Part shown: piece after piece, positions 61,668 to 64,000 of the stretch
How positions within the stretch are numbered: the first letter of the stretch is position 1
Layout of the letters: the number at the start of each line of letters is the position of its first letter
Assembly: GCA_019058245.1 (NCBI GenBank)
Contig: JAHPZJ010000013.1
Span: 233,166 to 297,165, forward strand
Length of the DNA stretch: 64,000 nt
Direction of reading: 5' to 3'
Source: Promethearchaeota archaeon
GTDB lineage: Archaea > Asgardarchaeota > Lokiarchaeia > Sigyniarchaeales > SOKP01
Translations under genes and position numbers: made by a program
The notes under the pieces: generated by a model
Database searches by the model: none
Seen by the model: the letters and a program-made list of their open reading frames with translations, nothing else
What the model was told of the DNA's origin: nothing

Positions 61668-63476
61668 ATGGACTTATTACCTAAAGTCTTTAGAACTGAA
61701 GGAAGTATTACTGAATTCGACCCTAGCAAAATTTTTGAAAGTATTATTAAAGAAACTGGTATGAGTGAGACAGATGCAAAAAATATCACGGAATTAGTTG
61801 TAAGAAGAATAATTAGTTCTGGTATTAAATTTCTATCAGGACCTCATATAAGAGAAATTGTTTGTTCGATACTTTCAGAACAACATTTTGAAAATGAGCG
61901 AAAATTATATACTCGGATTGGAATGCCTTTAATGGATTATGAAGAATTGCTAGAGAAAGAATCTGGAACAACGCTAAATATATGGATAAATCCGGAAAAA
62001 ATCAATCACTCATCTGCAAATCAAATAGCGGAGGAATATGCTCATTTAAGAATACTTAGTAATGAGGAATCCAAAGCGCACTTGTATGGCGATATTCATA
62101 TTAATGGATTACGTTATTTTAATCTAAGACCATTCACTCAAATGTGGGATCCTCGAATAATTTTAAACAATGGATTTCCACCCTTTTATAGTCTAAATAA
62201 TCCATTTAAGCAAGATCCCCCAAAAGACCTTATTTCTGCTCTTTCTCAAATTTTAAGATGGTTTGAAACTGTTCAGAATGAATTTTATGGAACTCAAGGT
62301 TTAAATTTATTTTCTCTTTTTTTAGCTCCATATGTTACAAATTTATCAAAAGAAAAACTCAAACAAGAAATTCGAAAATTAATATCTGAGATAAATTTAT
62401 TACCAATTATAACTGGTCGAGAAATTCCATTAATAAAAATAACGTCAAGTAATTCTATCCTTAAATCCTTTTCTAAACTTCCTACTATTAATCCTAAAGG
62501 AAAAATTAATGATAATTATTCAGATTATCATAATGAATGTACAGAACTCTTTAAAACTCTAATCTTCATTTTTAAGGAAATTAGTGGCTATAATTTACAT
62601 TATCCAATCATTAAATTTCAGATATTAGTAAATAATAAATTTTTTGAAGTTATAGAAACGAATTACTCTAATTTCTGGGATGAAATTTATACTTTTAAAA
62701 ACCTTTTTTCAATCGATTTTTGTTTTGCCCCATATTATAATAAAAATCTTGAAAAAATTGCTGAAAAGAGAATATACAATTTTGGAACTCTTCAAAGTAT
62801 TACTCTAAATCTGCCAAGATACGCCTATAACAGTCAAGATGAAGAAATATTTCTGGAAATATTGCATTCGAAAGTTAAATTATGTTCTGGGATTTTACTA
62901 AAAAAATATGAAATGATTGAAAAAAGACTAAAATTGAAACATTTACCTTGTTGTAGCAGTAGTATTAATAATGAACCATTATTTAAATTGGAAAATCAAG
63001 ACCTATCATTTAGTCTAGTTGGATTAAATGAATCTATCAAAATATTAACAAATTATGAACTCCATCAAAATCCTGATGCCGTTAAGCTAGGTATGAAAAT
63101 ATTAAATGAATTAAATAATATATGTAATGAATTATCAGTAACTCATGGGAAAAATTTCTTATTAAGTGAAAACGTATCAGAAAAGGCAATAAAAAGATTT
63201 TCTAAATTAGATCTAAGACTTATTCCAGAAGGACTAAGAAAAATATCTACTAATCTGAATCGTGAATATACAAATTCAATTCACTTTCGTAATGACGTTG
63301 AGGTTGAATTATTCAAACGAATAGAAATTCAAGGAGAATTTCATCAGTATATTAAAAATGGCGCAATTGAATATATTTCTTTACATGATCTTGAAAACAA
63401 CAACTTATCTATTCAAGAATTTCTCAATATAATCAGTAAAAAGTCACCAATATCAAGCATAAATTTTTCTTCTTAA
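61668..63476 (+). CDS. ATP-cone protein with degenerate class III ribonucleotide reductase (NrdD-like) core
   Basis: ATP cone VFRTEGSITEFDPSKI...GPHIREIV...YTRIGMP; AHLYGDIHI, TLNLPR, VGLNE, YTNS; lacks the glycyl-radical C-terminus. Confidence 0.78.
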   Translation: MDLLPKVFRTEGSITEFDPSKIFESIIKETGMSETDAKNITELVVRRIISSGIKFLSGPHIREIVCSILSEQHFENERKLYTRIGMPLMDYEELLEKESGTTLNIWINPEKINHSSANQIAEEYAHLRILSNEESKAHLYGDIHINGLRYFNLRPFTQMWDPRIILNNGFPPFYSLNNPFKQDPPKDLISALSQILRWFETVQNEFYGTQGLNLFSLFLAPYVTNLSKEKLKQEIRKLISEINLLPIITGREIPLIKITSSNSILKSFSKLPTINPKGKINDNYSDYHNECTELFKTLIFIFKEISGYNLHYPIIKFQILVNNKFFEVIETNYSNFWDEIYTFKNLFSIDFCFAPYYNKNLEKIAEKRIYNFGTLQSITLNLPRYAYNSQDEEIFLEILHSKVKLCSGILLKKYEMIEKRLKLKHLPCCSSSINNEPLFKLENQDLSFSLVGLNESIKILTNYELHQNPDAVKLGMKILNELNNICNELSVTHGKNFLLSENVSEKAIKRFSKLDLRLIPEGLRKISTNLNREYTNSIHFRNDVEVELFKRIEIQGEFHQYIKNGAIEYISLHDLENNNLSIQEFLNIISKKSPISSINFSS

Positions 63477-63635
63477 AAAGATCAGATCTTTTAGATTTTT
63501 GGTAAAAAAAGTATTTAATAAGTATAATTGTTTTGATTATATTGAAGTATTATTAAGATATTAAATTATATTAAAATAAAGATAATTCATATTTTAGATA
63601 ATTTAAGATCTTTCTTATAGAATCATGGGGATTGT

Positions 63636-64000
63636 TTGACTAAATCAAAGGATAAAGAAAATCGGGATAAACAGACTGAAGAAGAAACCATTACTTCTAA
63701 ATCAGAAATTATTGAAACAATTGTATTAAGTATATTTGATGAAAACGGTCCAACTCCTAAAATATATTGGCCTCATGATTTAGACGAACAAGCAGGATTA
63801 TTAATTGCTATGAAAACCATTAGTCTATTAATGGGAGATTCAACTTATCAAGATGGAACGGAAATTGAAGGAGTTAATTATTTTGGAATATTACCTTTTC
63901 CTGATTTGAAATTGAATGGTTTAACATATTTTTTCTTAATCCCCGATGATAAAGCTCGTGGTAAAGCTTTAGCAGCAACAATTACAATATTAATAAAAGA
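63636..64000 (+). CDS. FLCN/SMCR8-like uDENN-longin domain protein (3' truncated by window edge; absent from ORF track)
   Basis: TTG start after GGGGA; IVLSIFDENGPTPKIYWP...YFGILPFPDLKLNGLTYFFLIPDDKARGKALAATITILIK; open to window end. Confidence 0.8.
   Translation, partial: MTKSKDKENRDKQTEEETITSKSEIIETIVLSIFDENGPTPKIYWPHDLDEQAGLLIAMKTISLLMGDSTYQDGTEIEGVNYFGILPFPDLKLNGLTYFFLIPDDKARGKALAATITILIK

Noticed and set aside
1-64000. Selenoprotein genes/SECIS, tRNA, rRNA, IS elements, integrases
   Set aside because: No internal TGA in a recognisable redox protein, and no GC-rich structured RNA or transposase/integrase motifs seen by eye; a covariance-model search could still find small RNAs.

Overview
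A very AT-rich, gene-dense chromosomal segment that almost certainly comes from an Asgard archaeon of the Lokiarchaeia type. The evidence is archaeal TFB, UPF0147, MtrH-like and AOR genes together with many eukaryotic-signature proteins (an actin-related protein, Rab-like and Rag-like GTPases, uDENN/longin, roadblock and V4R domains). About 55 CDS are supportable. I saw no rRNA, tRNA, CRISPR array or mobile element. Most interesting: (1) an actin-related gene directly downstream of a coiled-coil/polyproline protein ending in a WH2/VASP-like motif, a candidate actin nucleation-factor module; (2) a divergently oriented small ORF, missed by the ORF track, with an in-frame TAG at codon 15; (3) two tandem P2-like ATPases in which the cation-binding PEGL motif becomes PINL/PLNI (similar to the P4 flippase PISL motif) and the M6 Asp becomes His; (4) a 41-64 kb neighbourhood of FLCN/SMCR8-like longin domains, four with an Arg-finger-like D-x-x-x-RG loop, fused to Rab-like GTPases or lying near Rag-like GTPases and a roadblock protein, resembling a proto Rag-Ragulator-FLCN system; (5) a degenerate class III ribonucleotide reductase with an intact ATP cone. 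All family calls come from motif recognition by eye, not database searches.
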